Shown piece by piece: positions 13,810 through 26,829 of a DNA stretch of 64,000 nt. This DNA is from Paraspadella gotoi (lineage: Eukaryota; Animalia; Chaetognatha), in the NCBI GenBank assembly GCA_051294375.1, contig CM119271.1, forward strand, positions 2,370,677 through 2,434,676. Reading direction: 5' to 3'. The notes below the pieces were generated by a model. It searched no databases. It saw nothing but the letters and a program-made list of their open reading frames with translations, and was not told the DNA's origin. Each line of letters starts with the position of its first letter. Position 1 is the first letter of the stretch. The position numbers and the translations under genes were made by a program.

Positions 13810-13948
13810 TGGAGGCCTTAAACCACCAAAGCCTGTCCAAAGTCAGGGGCAAGATTTTTTTTTTTCTGAAATAAAAAAGACAATTTGACAAGATAGCTTA
13901 TTTATTAAATGAATGGATAATTTTTGTATTGGTTGTACCAATTTCATA
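13810..13948 (+). mobile_element. Family B truncated copy
   Basis: tggaggccttaaaccaccaaagcctgtccaaagtcaggggcaag...ggataatttttgtattggttgtaccaatttcata, with a short internal insertion. Confidence 0.7.
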
Positions 13949-15310
13949 TATGCCTAAAATGTATTTAATTCCAAATTTAAGATGAAATAGGGCGTTCTGG
14001 GAATATAGTAAGGCCGGTTTTTATTTTGCCTAAAGGTTTGGCGGTTTTTCTTTTCGTTTTGTTTTTATTAGTGTTGCAGACAGTTGGTTGTCAGAAGCAA
14101 ACGCGTGAATAATCAATGGAATAAGTGAATATTCTTTTTCCTTTTTTTTCGCCTTTGAACGAGGCTTGCGTTGCCCCAGGTGTTTATTTTTTTTTTTTTA
14201 GCAAAACAAGAACTAATTCGGTTTCCGATCGTGGTTCCCTTCTTGGAGTATTGAAGGTGCTCCGGAAAAAAACAAAACAATAATTTTATGAGGGCAAGAT
14301 GAACCGGAGAAAATGCTTAATAGGGACACATTTCTTCTGATAACAGCGTCTTTTATCCGTTGAAACACTGTAACAATCTCCGAGCTTACCTTCGAAATAT
14401 TTACGTCATCATCATTTGTATCGATGTTTGGCTCTCGTTCTTGAAATTATTTTGAGGGTAAGTAAAACCCATTAATAAGTAGACCGAGATAAGCGAAGAG
14501 CGTTGACCACGAACAAACTGTTTTCTAATTAGAATTCTACGTCAGAATAGAATGGACCTGGCAATGTAAGGACATGAATAATTGGGCAACGAGCAGGGCA
14601 AAGCGTGGATAGGAAAGGAAAGGCAAAGTGAGGCAAAGCGAGGCAAGATAAGGTCATAAAAAGCAAAGCAATGTAGCGATTCAGGCATCGGAGCGAACGA
14701 AGCATCGGACAAAAGAACAGCAGCAATTCGACCGCGCGAAGGATGCGACTTTCGCCGGGATGAAAAAAGGGTTCACCGCCGCTTTCACTGTGAAAAGAAA
14801 AGGGCGATTTTCGTCGTCTCGATCGCATTAGCTCTTATCTTATCTCGCGAAATTTAAGAGAAGGTCACGCCCGCTGCGAGTTGACGCCATCAACATCTTT
14901 GTCGCTTCGGTCGTCGTCGTCGTCGACATTGTTCAGCTTGTCATCAACTCTTCGGACGTGTTGAAGTGACCGAGAGGAAAGAGAGAGGGAGTCACCATGC
15001 GACTCTGTCCCCCAATTTGTCTGGGAATTTTTTTTTCTTCTGTTGTCTTGCTTTTCGAATCCGGCGGTAGGCTTACTACCAGTGGTTTAACCGGCCCGTC
15101 CTCCTTTGCAAGGACCGTTCCGACCAGGGCTAAAACCCGGGACCATTGGGTTGGAAGAAGAAGCGTTAGCCCGATGCGCTCTTGAGGGGATGATGAACGG
15201 AACCGCCTTATCTCATAGTCGTCGTCGTCATCCTTCTTGTTGTCCCTGTATTTCTTTAGAGAAAAAAATAAGGAACGGTTATTCCAAGGGTGTTTCTTTA
15301 AAAAACAAAA

Positions 15311-15507
15311 GGCGGCGCCAGTAGTCGCTTAGATTTGATTCTTAACAAATGAGCAACAAACTATAGGCAAGTTATAAGAATAAATACAATACAATACAAT
15401 ACAATATAAGCGTTTTTAATGTAAGTGGGACAGACCGACGGACAGACATACCGACGGACAGACATACCGACGGACCGACCGAAGAGTGACTCGCGGCGCA
15501 ACTAAAA
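15311..15507. mobile_element. Family A copy
   Basis: ggcggcgccagtagtcgctta...cttaacaaatgagcaac...gtaagtgggacagaccgacggacagacatacc...ctcgcggcgcaactaaaa. Confidence 0.65.
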
Positions 15508-15694
15508 AGAACCAGAAGTTAAACTGTTTTTTTTTAAATTTTGGTTACACATTGACGACGCGTACATATGCACGCACGAATAACACGAACATGCGCGAGA
15601 AAAATCGCAAGACAAATTCAGTAATTCATTCGCTTGAAGACAGTCACAGTGAGTCACACCTTTTAAATGACGAGAAATTTAGTGAAGGGGAGAA

Positions 15695-15751
<57 letters not shown>

Positions 15752-15908
15752 GACAGAGAGACAGCAAGAAGAGATCCCTAATGGATGAAGGAAGATTCAT
15801 GAATGCTGACAGGGGAAGATTGAAACATCGTTCCTTCAGTTGCAAACGAGACAAAAAAAAATCTCATGAAGAAAAAAGAAGAGAGAATGAAAAAACTGAA
15901 AGAAAGAA

Positions 15909-15943
<35 letters not shown>

Positions 15944-16480
15944 GAAACTTTTTCCCAATTCCGTTTTGAGACTCTAAAGTCTTGCTATATTCTACTGCCT
16001 GAACCTATTCAAATTTTTCTTGTACCAATCAATAGCTCTTTAAAAAAGTTTTAATTTTTATGCATATTTTCTTAAAATTAAAAAAGAAATAATGGTGTAT
16101 TTAAAGCTAACTAGTGGATCCTTTTTTTTTGCGCCGCAATGTAAAATAAATTCATGATTCTTATGTAAGTGTCTTTAAGTGATTGTGTCATTCAAGCCAT
16201 TGCAACGACGATGACAACAAAGGGCAGCAACGAAGGAGTCAATGACGACTCCTTCAGAGACGTGTGAGCGAATAAAGCCTTTCACGGACTCTTGGGTAAA
16301 AGAATTATTACTCTTTATTGTTCTCCGAACAGCGACAACCGATTCCCCCAGTGGGTTGACCTGGGTGGTGGTTCCAGTTGGCTTTCTCCTTCTTTGATAC
16401 TGTCTGATTAACAAGTGATCAATCGCAGATCATCTAGTTACTATACTTCTCACCTAACTTTAAGTCGAAATCCCATTAAT

Positions 16481-16527
<47 letters not shown>

Positions 16528-17669
16528 CCCGTTTCAGGTCAACGTCTCTCACTCCTTAAGGGAAGAGAATGAACGTCAGCGCCAACATAACAGGCGAGTT
16601 CCTATTGTTGTTATTGTTATTGTTTTTCTTAGACTGTGAAACTGTTAGTTAATTAGTTAACCGACTTTATGACATTTATGCATTTATGTCATATCGACTC
16701 GATTAAATCGGTTAAAATATTATGAACAACATGTAAAATATATATTTCCATTAAAACAGAGGACACAAAACGTACGAGAAATGAAAGGAGAAACGATGAT
16801 CACAATTGAAACAAAAAATTGAGGATCTGATAGACGAGAATGAAATTCTTAATTTTTGAAGGCTTTCTTTTCGAAAAGCGCCCCATTTCGGTTCCTTAAT
16901 CCCTAAACTTAATCTTAACACTAATATTTAACCTTAATCTGTCACAAAACTTATAATCTTAATCCAAAATCCAATCACTAACCTTATCCTTAACCTTAAT
17001 TTGTAAACTAATTCATACCATATTCCCAAACCTTTATTTGATTTTTAATATAAGACATTCAAAGTCGAAACGGAAATGTTAAAAATTATTTCAGTTTCAT
17101 GTAGAACAAGCAACAATTGTAAAAAAATGTAAAAAAAAAATCTATTTCGAATTTCTCGTAAAAAAAACATACTGAGTGACCCTCTTGAGAATCGATTCAA
17201 CCTTCGAGAAAGAAAAATATCCGTATTTTCTCGTTTGGCAAAGACCGACACAACAACAACGACAACAACGACAACAAGTCGGGAAAAAGGTAAGGGAAAG
17301 GATGGAATGACGGAAGGGACAACAGGAATTTTAATGACTGAGTCTTTTCATTGACAGAGAAGACAAAATAATATATAAATTACTTCCTATAAAGAATGAT
17401 ATATAATATCTACTAATTAGAAAACTTGGGTAGGAAATACTTTTTAACCGTATGTTGTGGAGTTGCTCCCATTGCTCCCTCTATTTCCAAAAGATAACAT
17501 TAACATCCGTTTCCCAATTATATTTTTAAATATGAAATAAATCTGATAATAGTTAAATTAAATACTTATATAAATAAATATGCTAAACTTTTTATATTAA
17601 ATAGTCTTATCTAGTTTAATATAGTAAAACAAGTAATTTAAAATTGTTTTCATAAATAGTATAAAATAA

Positions 17670-18267
17670 ACCAGAATGGCCCATTTTATCTTAAAATTAG
17701 GAATTAGTTTAATTTTTTTAATAAAAGATAAAATTAGAGGTTAGGGTCTCGGATTAGGTTTTATCATAGGTTAGAAATTGAGGTTAGGGATTTAGTTTGT
17801 AATTAGGATTAGGGATTTGAGTTAAGGACTACCATTTATGGTTAAAGGTTAGGGTTAAAAATAAGGCTAAGGGTTCTGAGTTAGGGTTTAAGATTAGATT
17901 AAGGATAATGGTTAAGGATAGGTTTATAAGTTTAACAATATATTTAAATTAAATATTAAATTTAAAATTGTAGTCGGGCATTGCCTAGGTTCACCCCGCC
18001 TATAAGCATGATACCTTCATTCGTGACCTGGTGGCTCATTGAGTAAAGCCACTAGGTAACGGGTTCAATCCCAACCCGGTACCTACCCTGCGGGAAGCGT
18101 GAGGATGGCGCGGAAAACCCTCAAGCCTGGTTCCAAGCCCGGGACCCGTTCCATGGCTGCTAGAGGGGGTTAAAGAAGTTGCGGACAGCCCCACTTAGCT
18201 CCTTATCTACAAAATTAAATTCTGGGATAAAGGAACATAAATTGAGAACTATCGGAAAAGAGAGCCC
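17670..18267. mobile_element. MITE with TTAGGG-like interior, interrupted by the 243-bp element
   Basis: Degenerate ggttag/ggatta hexamers at 17735-17925. The right TIR aggaacataaattgagaactatcggaaaagagagcc resumes after the insertion. The left boundary is approximate. Confidence 0.55.
17969..18211 (+). mobile_element. 243-bp TGTAG...CTACA element with an internal tRNA-derived Pol III module (solo-LTR-like or atypical SINE)
   Basis: Flanked by aaat/aaat (17965-17968, 18212-18215). A-box-like tggctcattgag (18032-18043) and B-box gggttcaatccc (18061-18072) begin ~55 nt inside the element. Related copies at ~18805-18940 (+), ~24190-24390 (+) and ~57500-57710 (-). Confidence 0.7.
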
Positions 18268-18469
18268 TCTAATGCCAGAGAAAATAACAACAACAATAAC
18301 AACGAAAACAACAAAACAACGACAACCCTCTTCATCCTCTTTCTCTCGACGAGGTCGACCGTGGTTTTCCATTTCCCGCGATCCTTGAACTTCCACGTCG
18401 AGTCCGCCAATATTTTAGCGACAGGAAAGACACTCGAGCCCGAACTTGTCGATGTCATTGTTGTTTTTA

Positions 18470-18790
18470 TTTTAAGTTGCGCCGCGAGTACTCGCGGAGC
18501 AACTTTATAAGTCACTTTTCGCTCGGTCTGTCCGACGATCGGTCGGTCGGTCGGTATGTCAGTCCGTCGGTCTGTCCAACTTACGTGAAAGAGGCTCATT
18601 ACTCGCCTATAGTCGGTAGCTCATTTGTTAAGACAGGAAAAAATCTTCAATGTAAGTGACTGCTAGCGCCGCCTTTGGGAAATCCTAAACTTCAAAGAAT
18701 TAAAGACAAGATTCCGATGCAGTACGTGTCTAACATAAACAGGCTAAGAAAGTCACTGCGGCGCAACACAGATTTGAATTTCCGTTCTTG
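18470..18790. mobile_element. Helentron/DINE-1-like non-autonomous element, family A
   Basis: T-run, then subterminal hairpin agttgc-gccgcgagt/actcgcgg-a-gcaact, tataagtcactttt and a (GTCG/GTCY)n microsatellite. Homologous copies in the opposite orientation at 13150-13421 and 15311-15507, and a fragment at ~21045-21130. Confidence 0.65.
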
Positions 18791-18804
18791 TTTCAAAACT
18801 TTTA

Positions 18805-18940
18805 TGTAGCGGGCATCGCCCATTGCCCTGGTTGGCCGAGAAGTTCGTCGGCCTTTACATCAGTCGTTACCCGGTGGCTCAATGTGTAAGCTTTCAGCTA
18901 GTGACTAATTGGTTTTTGAGTTCAATCCCAATCAGGTACA
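18805..18940 (+). mobile_element. Diverged 5' part of the tRNA-module element
   Basis: Starts tgtagcgggcat. Contains acccggtggctcaatgtgtaagc...gagttcaatcccaatcaggtac and a possible anticodon arm tcag-ct-agt-ga-ctaa. Confidence 0.55.
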
Positions 18941-19791
18941 TATTTTAAAATTAGCGACACCCGTTAACCACCCTAGTCATGACAGAGAGGAATAAGTTTA
19001 TTGGCCGGATAAACCTGCGCAGTTGGCGTAGCCTCCTAACAGCATTGCATTTTGTAAATGATTAAAGCGGTCGGTCTAGACGTAAATTCAGATTGTCCTC
19101 AGTGAAACACTCACGAATCACGCTCCTCCCTTTTGATAAAAAAAGGTCATCGTGATCCGATTGAGGGATCGATTCGTAATCGCGTTAGAATAAACGACCA
19201 TCGGCTTTGAACCGTGACATCAATTTTTTTGTTTCCGGAATTTCCGTCAAACAAATCCCGATTGTAAATCCCCGACAAAGATCTGGCTGCCTTCTCTTTG
19301 TATATAAGAATGTATTCTTTTTCTATATGTGTTCCTTTGAGGCTTTGTCTCTGTTTTTGTAACCGGAAATTCAGTGGCTCCACTTTTAAACGATTTTCTC
19401 ACATTTTGACCCAAAGCTTTTTTTTTTTTAATCATTTTTTGACATGACCTTCATTCATGACCCTCGTTTATATGGAATAGGCGATTAGTAAGTGAATCTC
19501 TAGTGCTTGGTGTGATGAGATGTGATGTGACTGATAGTGATAAGCAGATAAGAAGTGAGTTAATATCGTGAGGAGTCTGCGGAAAGTCACGTGAGTGCTC
19601 CTGGGGGGGGGGAGTCTCGGAGTGAGTTAATGAGTAGCGAGCCTCTTGATCGAGTCGAGTGGAATTAATTTCAGAGAAGACAGAACGCGGAATGGGTGGA
19701 GATTACCTGAAGAGATCACGGGAGATCGAGGTCTTGAAATCACTTGGGACTTTTGAGGTTTACGAAAAAAAATAATTAGATTCACGGAAAT

Positions 19792-19849
<58 letters not shown>

Positions 19850-21773
19850 GGGAAGAAAAAGAGTATGAGGGTGGTTGTGAAAGAAACAAGGAAAAAAAGG
19901 AAAAGAGAAAATGAGAAGAAAAAAAGGAAAAAAAAAGAAAATAGAATAAAATGGTTCTCCGATGATTTCTCTCCATTTCTCTCAATTTGCCGAAAAGGTG
20001 GTCGCCTCTTCGGCCGCCCACTTCAGCGCCACCTTTCAACACCGTGGCTGCCGCTGCCGCGGCCGCTACCGCTACCGCCGCTGTCGTCGTCGCCTTCTTC
20101 CAACTCGCCCATCGCCCCCTACGCCACGCCATATAATCATAATCAATTAATTAATCACGTCGTTCTTAAACTTACCAGGTCAGGTGATAACGTTTTAGAT
20201 ATTCACCCTCTCACTCGATGCTTTCTCATTTCTCGTCAACTCCGTCATGTCATGTGATTCGCGGCTCCAGTCCTCGACGATGCCGACTCTTTTTACCCCA
20301 AATCTTCAGCTCCAGGTTTCGCCTCAGTGATTTTCTCTACGTCTCTTCAACCTACTCAAATTTTGTCTCCTACGCCTGGGCGACATGCGTCTACAGGCGG
20401 CGACATGAGGCGACCGGCGAAACGCTGCCGAGAGACGAATCCAATGACTCTGTCTGTGATACGATTTCAAACAGAAATCCCTGCGCCGATTGCTGGCCTC
20501 TGGAAATGATAACTAGTGACTAGTGACTAGTGACTAGTGACGCCTACTACATAAAAAGAAAATCACTGTTGCCTCAGTGAGGCCCGATCTCCTTCATTCC
20601 CCCTCTCGTCATCCTCCTCCTCCCAGGTAAAGCTAAGCGGGAATTCATAAAGAGGAGGAGGAGGAGAAAGATGCCTCCAAAATTAGAGTAGTGTATTTAA
20701 TAGCAAATCAGGAAGGTGAATTCATCAGACATGATATCATCGACCTATTGGAGGTAGTCGAATCACACTCTCAAACAGGGTTTAGCTCTATATGCCTCCT
20801 CCTCCTCCTCCTTCTCTCTCTTATGCATCAATACCGATTAAAGATGCCGACGACGCTAATTTCTGAGAAAAGGGAAAAGAAGGCGGAACCAGACGCGACC
20901 GTGGAAGGACCGCCAGGTTGGTCCCGATAGGGAGGTGATGTCTCGCGGGGATTTAAACCTCTCGACTCCACACTGAAGCCACCGATAACTATTATCTGTT
21001 GCCAGACATCAGAAAAACGTAATATTTCTTTATACTCTCATTTTCATATACGCCGCGAGTGATCGCGAGGTAAATTCTATATGTCACTTTTTGGTCGTTC
21101 GGTCGGTCAGTCGTGATACGTCATTTTTGGTCAATTACTAACCGTAACACCATTACTCACAGCCCGATCAGAAGTTCGGGACCTTGTATGCAACGGACGG
21201 TGAACTGCTCGCGGCATCGTCTTCTACAGGTGGTTAATTTAGTTTTAATTTCTGACCTCCTGCTTTTGACATTTTTTTTGTTACTTACATTATTATCAGT
21301 TTTTCAATATCGCGAAAAAATTAACGATTAAGAATAGAGCCGGCAAAAAAAATATATCGGTTTCTCACGATTGATCAATAATTATCAATAATCAATATTC
21401 TGATAACGACGATCGTTATGTTTCGTAGATATTATTGTTTAAAGTTTTATAATAAATCAATAACTATATAAAAACTACTGATGTTAGAAATTCTAAAAGC
21501 AATCTCAGCGCGCATCTGTGCCTGGACTCTTATCAAGAAAACCAATCAAGTAAACGAAAAAATAACCAAAAAAAAAGAAAGAAGTATTTTTAGTTTAGCA
21601 GAAAACGAAAAAAATGCTAAGTACTTTTTAAGTTAAGAGTCGAGTCCTTTTTTGTAAGGCTACATTTTGTAATTTTTAAATCTAGGTACAACTTCAAAGA
21701 GACGTTATGATTTCCGTTTTACAGTTAAAAATGTTTAAGTCTAACAAGGAAAAAAAGACAGAATACGAATGAT

Positions 21774-21881
<108 letters not shown>

Positions 21882-22886
21882 CCAAGATCTTCTATATCTG
21901 GCTACGAGATCAGGTCCCACCCGGAAAGCCATCATCAATCTGCGTTTTGTACAATTTCCCCGCAAAAATATTTCTTGCTCACGATCAATTATTCTTGAAA
22001 GAATGGCTAACAACGACAACAACGACAACAACGACAACAAAAACTTAAAAGTGCCCTCACGTTTTCTTTCATTTTTTCCCCTCTTTTTCCAATTTCCATC
22101 TTTTTTTTTTTCCTCCGAGGACGTGGCTAATTTGCTGACCCTCGATACACGACGGAGATTGGCAGCGACCGAACGAACATGATTGGTCAAAAAAGCGCGT
22201 CGTTTATTGGCGGAAATAGAGCCACGGCGATGGGAGGAGACTGAGTATAAAGTTGATGTGAAAAAATTCATTGTGCGTTATGTTTCCCACAATGAATTTT
22301 TAATCAACTTTCAAGAGTGCATTAGATGTTCTTAAAGCAATTACTGAAAGTTTAAAGAAGTTTAAACTTGAAAACTTGAAAAAACTTTAAATTTAAGGCA
22401 AAGAATCTATTTGGTAAAGTCGAAGAGAAAGAATCACGTCTGAATCTAGAATTTGCGAATCAATTAGGTATGCACATAATTGCTCGAAATTTTCGTCGGG
22501 AACTTCGAGGAAAGAAGGAAAGAATAATGTTTAGAAAAAAAGAAAGCTTGACTGACAATACTTATTAGGTATGCTCAAGACTAATTAAGTATACTACTAC
22601 TTTTAGAGTGGCGCGCTCAAGAGCAAAAATTTTATTTGAGCGCGTTAACAATAATAATGATTAATGAAGCCGCCGTTTTTCCCAGTTTATAATGTATATA
22701 TATGAGTATATATATTGTATATATATGAGTAGATTTTTTCTCCGTCGGATCCTTTATCATCGCCCTTCGTCGCTATCACACCGAGTTTCTGTTTCTAGCT
22801 TTCCTATCGCGACGCGAGGTGTCCTTATTCGCAGATATTGCGTCAGCCCATTGTCGGTTTCGGTCAAAGCATGACTCTCCCTCTAT

Positions 22887-22976
22887 TTTTGGTATGTTCT
22901 GGGGCTTGTTTCCAGCTCGGGCATGCCCTTTTTTTGGTATGTTCTGGGGCTTGTTTCCTGCTCGGGCATGCCCTTT
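22887..22976. repeat. Tandem duplication of a ~45-bp unit
   Basis: ttttggtatgttctggggcttgtttcc(a/t)gctcgggcatgccctt occurs twice. Confidence 0.85.
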
Positions 22977-23299
22977 TCACGCTATAAAAAAACGTTTTTC
23001 GCGACATTACACATTCCAGTTTGGAAAAGATTCTCACCGTTTTTTTCTCTCGGACAAAATATACTGAGTCGCCGCAAACGCCTTCTTCAAAAATATAAAT
23101 ATATAAATAAAGTTCATAAAGTATTTAGTTTTTATGAAGTCGAGAGGGAAGGGAAAAACATTTGACAAGGCAAAAAGCGCCGGTGATGCAGAGCGTCGGG
23201 TACAACGCCGGCGTCACGCGGCGCCGTAAGAAACGCGCCATATTTGTGGTTTTTTCTAACTCGAAAAAATTAGATTCAAGTAAATGTGACTTTTTTTTT

Positions 23300-23790
23300 A
23301 CATTTAAACTCATTTCCACTCGCACGATTCTAACCAAACTTTATATCCAGCTTCGTCAAACACTTTCCTACCCACACACAAAATTTTATTTAAATTTGTC
23401 CATCCAATTATAATAAATTATAGTAATTATGGGCTAAAACTAGTAAAAAGATTTTAATAAATATGACTTATGTTTTTACCATTTAAACTCATTTTCACTT
23501 GCACGATTCCATCGAAATTTTATATCCAGCTAAATCACACACTTTGCTACCGTCACTAAAAATTTCATTCCAATCCATCCATTCAATCACGAGTAATTGG
23601 AGTTTAATGCTAACGGGGACGGACGGACGGACAGACAGACAGATAGACGGATGGACGGACGGACGGACGGATATCGTTTTTATTTTGCTTAATTTATCAT
23701 AATTTGATGTTCGGAGAAGATTTCAGTGATTTAGCGACAAGCTTTTGGGGTGAGACCGACGGACTGACTAAGTGAGCGTTGTGTGAAAAA
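23300..23790. mobile_element. Family C copy
   Basis: Two subrepeats starting tttaaactcattt, then ccaatccatccattcaatcacgagtaattg, a GACG/GACA microsatellite and taatttgatgttc, as at 31.0-31.4 kb. Confidence 0.55.
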
Positions 23791-24103
23791 GAGAGATAAA
23801 AAGGGTAGGGAGAGAGAGATAAAGACAGAAAAAGAAAGAGAGAAAAAAAAGTTATTTCATTTTTTCCAATGTATATGCTTAAATTGGGAGAGAAAATAAT
23901 AACTATAAACATCTGAGTATAAAAGCATAAAAATCTCATTGCGATTCATGTTACTTATATATATATATATATATTTCTATCTCCCCGAGTCGAATAGAAT
24001 ATAATCTCAATTTTGAAACTCCCTTCGTTTTTCTTCTCTATTTATTTATTGTTACCAATTTACCTCGAATTTTATTTATCTAAACTTTCACTTTTATTTG
24101 CAG

Positions 24104-24161
24104 ATTTCTCGGAACAAAATTTCGCACAATTCCTGAACGAACACTACGGAAAATGTCACGG
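24104..24161 (+). CDS. GPCR (myosuppressin receptor/dmsr-like) coding exon A, N-terminal extracellular region; an upstream start exon was not identified
   Basis: Acceptor ttttatttgcag|, donor |gtaagt. Translates x-FSEQNFAQFLNEHYGKCH-G and joins exon B in phase 2 to give HGYISL, the pre-TM1 signature of dmsr/MsR-type receptors. Confidence 0.85.
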
Positions 24162-24189
24162 GTAAGTCGTTGCGGCTCGCTTTTCCAAA

Positions 24190-24391
24190 TGTAGGGGGTT
24201 GCCCTTTAGTCGGGCATTGCACAATGCTCATTGTGCACAAGTTCGATCCCCAATGGACCCTACCCTGCGTGAAGGACGGCCTTTCACTGCCTTGGGGCCG
24301 AGGTAAAAACCCTCAGGCCTGGTTTAAGCCCATGAATCCTTTCCGTGGATGCAAGAGGGCTGACGGACGTTGCGGAGAGCACACTTATTCA
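24190..24391 (+). mobile_element. Diverged copy of the tRNA-module element in GPCR intron A-B
   Basis: Starts tgtag. Shares tagtcgggcattgc, gttcgatccc, ctaccctgcg, aaaaccctca.gcctggtt..agccc and gttgcgga.agc.cactta with 17969-18211. Confidence 0.6.
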
Positions 24392-24795
24392 AGGCCGTTG
24401 TTTTCTTAGTATTTCAAAAAATTTGTTAAATTAAAAAAGTGAGAAATTAGGACTCATTTAAATTGAATGTTTTGTAATGAAAAATTTCTAGAAATTTAAT
24501 TCGAAATATAGTATAACAAATGGTAAGAACTTATCTTTGACATTATTATCTCAGAAATAAAATTTAACAACATAGTTCCGCACGATAAGTAAAAGTTAAC
24601 AGACAGTACCATTGAGACCCACTCTATTGTAACTAAGTCGATTTAAGAAAAAAAACATTTTTTTTTAATTCTCTTTTATTGAACACGTTATGTACTTTTT
24701 CGCGAGTAAAGAAAATTCTCTTGACGATTCGATTTGTTTTATTTCGAGACGACATTTTATTAGTTTGATAATAATATTTTTTTATTCATTTCCAG

Positions 24796-24864
24796 ATACA
24801 TTTCCCTTTTGTTTTGCACGTTCGGAATTCTCAACAACATCCTCAATATCATTATATTAACGAG
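24796..24864 (+). CDS. GPCR exon B, TM1
   Basis: Acceptor catttccag|, donor |gtaggc. Translates (G)YISLLFCTFGILNNILNIIILT(R), matching the dmsr/MsR TM1 pattern Y.SL.vC.fG...N.lNiivLTR. Confidence 0.93.
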
Positions 24865-25578
24865 GTAGGCATTATTTTTAGAAACTATCGAAAACAAAAT
24901 AGAATGTTCGCAATTTTTGTAAAGCGCCATCTGAACAAATGGAAAACGAAAAAAAGTTCAAAGCAGAATTTATTTGAAAGAATCATGAAATATAAGAAGT
25001 AAAAAAAATAAACATAGATGTAACTAAATATAGTTCAGTCAAGAAAAATCCCACTGGGATGGAACGAGTGAGCGACGAATTTTTCTTCTTCCTCCAGTGG
25101 TGATAAAAAAAAAGAGAATAAACACCAAATGAAAAACAAACTGCCTCCCTTCTCTGGGCAAAAAAAGTGTGTTTCTCTCCATTAAAATAAATAATTAACT
25201 GACTTGTACAAACAAGAGTTTTTGTCGTGGTCTCCGTTTTTGTTATCGTCTTTTTAATCAACGTCATCGCCACTCTTAAACGCCACGCGTCACAAAAAAT
25301 GGCGTCGATCAGTCGCTTTGGTTCGAAGTCAAAATAACTTATTAAAAAAACTAACGTCATGTGGACAAAAAACACAAAAAGTCAAACTCACTAATGCCTG
25401 GCATCAGAATCACTTTCCTCTTTTTCATCCTCCTCCTCTTCCTCCTCCTCCTCCTCGTCCTCCAGTGTTGGTTTCAGTTCCACCAATAAAAGGCTATTTA
25501 TGTTTTCCTTTATGCGTTTTTTGCCCTCCCATTATCGAATATGTACATAGTTACATAGACTAGTTATAGTTCCCTTGG

Positions 25579-25657
<79 letters not shown>

Positions 25658-25969
25658 ACAAAGAAAAAGGGCTCAGAATCAGATTGCGACGGCTTCAAAT
25701 GAAAGTCGTTCACAGATGACAATTGCGTTTCAAAATTAAAAGCGCCGCGAATCACAGACAAAGAGGACAATGATGAGGGGGACATTGCGGAGACGGCGCG
25801 AAACCCAAATTTCGTTCCTTTGTGAAATATTTTGTGAATATTTCACGAATTTACGACGCAAAGAATCTTTATATTCAGCCATAAAAGTTCTTTAAAAGAA
25901 CATTTTTGAAATTTATGAGTGATGTGAGTTTTCAGAAGTTTATGGCGGACTGCTCAAGGACGTTTCCTT

Positions 25970-26076
<107 letters not shown>

Positions 26077-26239
26077 AACCGTTCCTTAATCTTTTCTGAA
26101 TTTTCTCGTCATTCTTCTTATATTTTTCCACCACCCGCTAACCCACCTAATCCTAATCCTCTATCCAATCCCCTACCCAACGCCCTCTATCAAAATCCCC
26201 TATCCAACGCCCTCTATCCAACCCCTATCATCTCCGAAG

Positions 26240-26406
26240 ACGAAAGATGGTTTCGCCGACGAACGCGCTCCTAACGGCGATCGCCGTGGCCGATATGGCA
26301 ACGATGGCGGCTTACATCCCTTTCATCTCCCGGTTCTACATCGTTTCCCGTATGAAACCGACGCCGGATCACGGCTGGGGCTGGATCACCTACATGATCT
26401 TTCAAG
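26240..26406 (+). CDS. GPCR exon C, ICL1-TM2-ECL1
   Basis: Acceptor ctccgaag|, donor |gtgagg. Translates (R)[55 protein letters not shown]. The M.SPTN.lLt.lAvAD...m..YIP motif is typical of myosuppressin/sex-peptide-type receptors. Phase fits exons B and D. Confidence 0.95.
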
Positions 26407-26829
26407 GTGAGGGTTTTTTTTTCATTTTTTTGTGGGTCGTTTTAGTGGGACGGAGGGAAGGAAGTTCTGTGTGACCTTTTTGGGCTACCGATCGAGTATT
26501 GACGAGGTTGGCACGAGAACAGGCTTCGTTTTTGTTGGAGAGAGCTCTCTCTCTCTCTCTCAGCGTTCCCATAATTCTTCATTCGCGGTTTTTAGTTCGC
26601 GTATAAATTATAAAATAGAAACAGAAAATTGAAAAGATTCTTTTTTTTTCTCTCTTCATTAAAGGAGTGAGAAAAAAGAAAGGTAGATGATTAAAAAAAA
26701 AAAATCAAACGCGAAAATTTAAAGAGAAGAAAAAAATTAGCAAAGGAACTAAAAATAGAGAATAAGAGAAAAAAGAGCAGGAAGGAAAAGTTAAAAATAG
26801 AGGAAAGAAAAAGGGGAAAATCTTGAAAG

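Noticed and set aside
18025-18082. Functional tRNA gene
   Set aside because: A/B boxes are present but the anticodon arm is deleted or degenerate, and the module is embedded in a dispersed repeat.
22887-22976. CRISPR-like repeat
   Set aside because: Two adjacent units with no spacer in a eukaryotic context. It is a simple tandem duplication.
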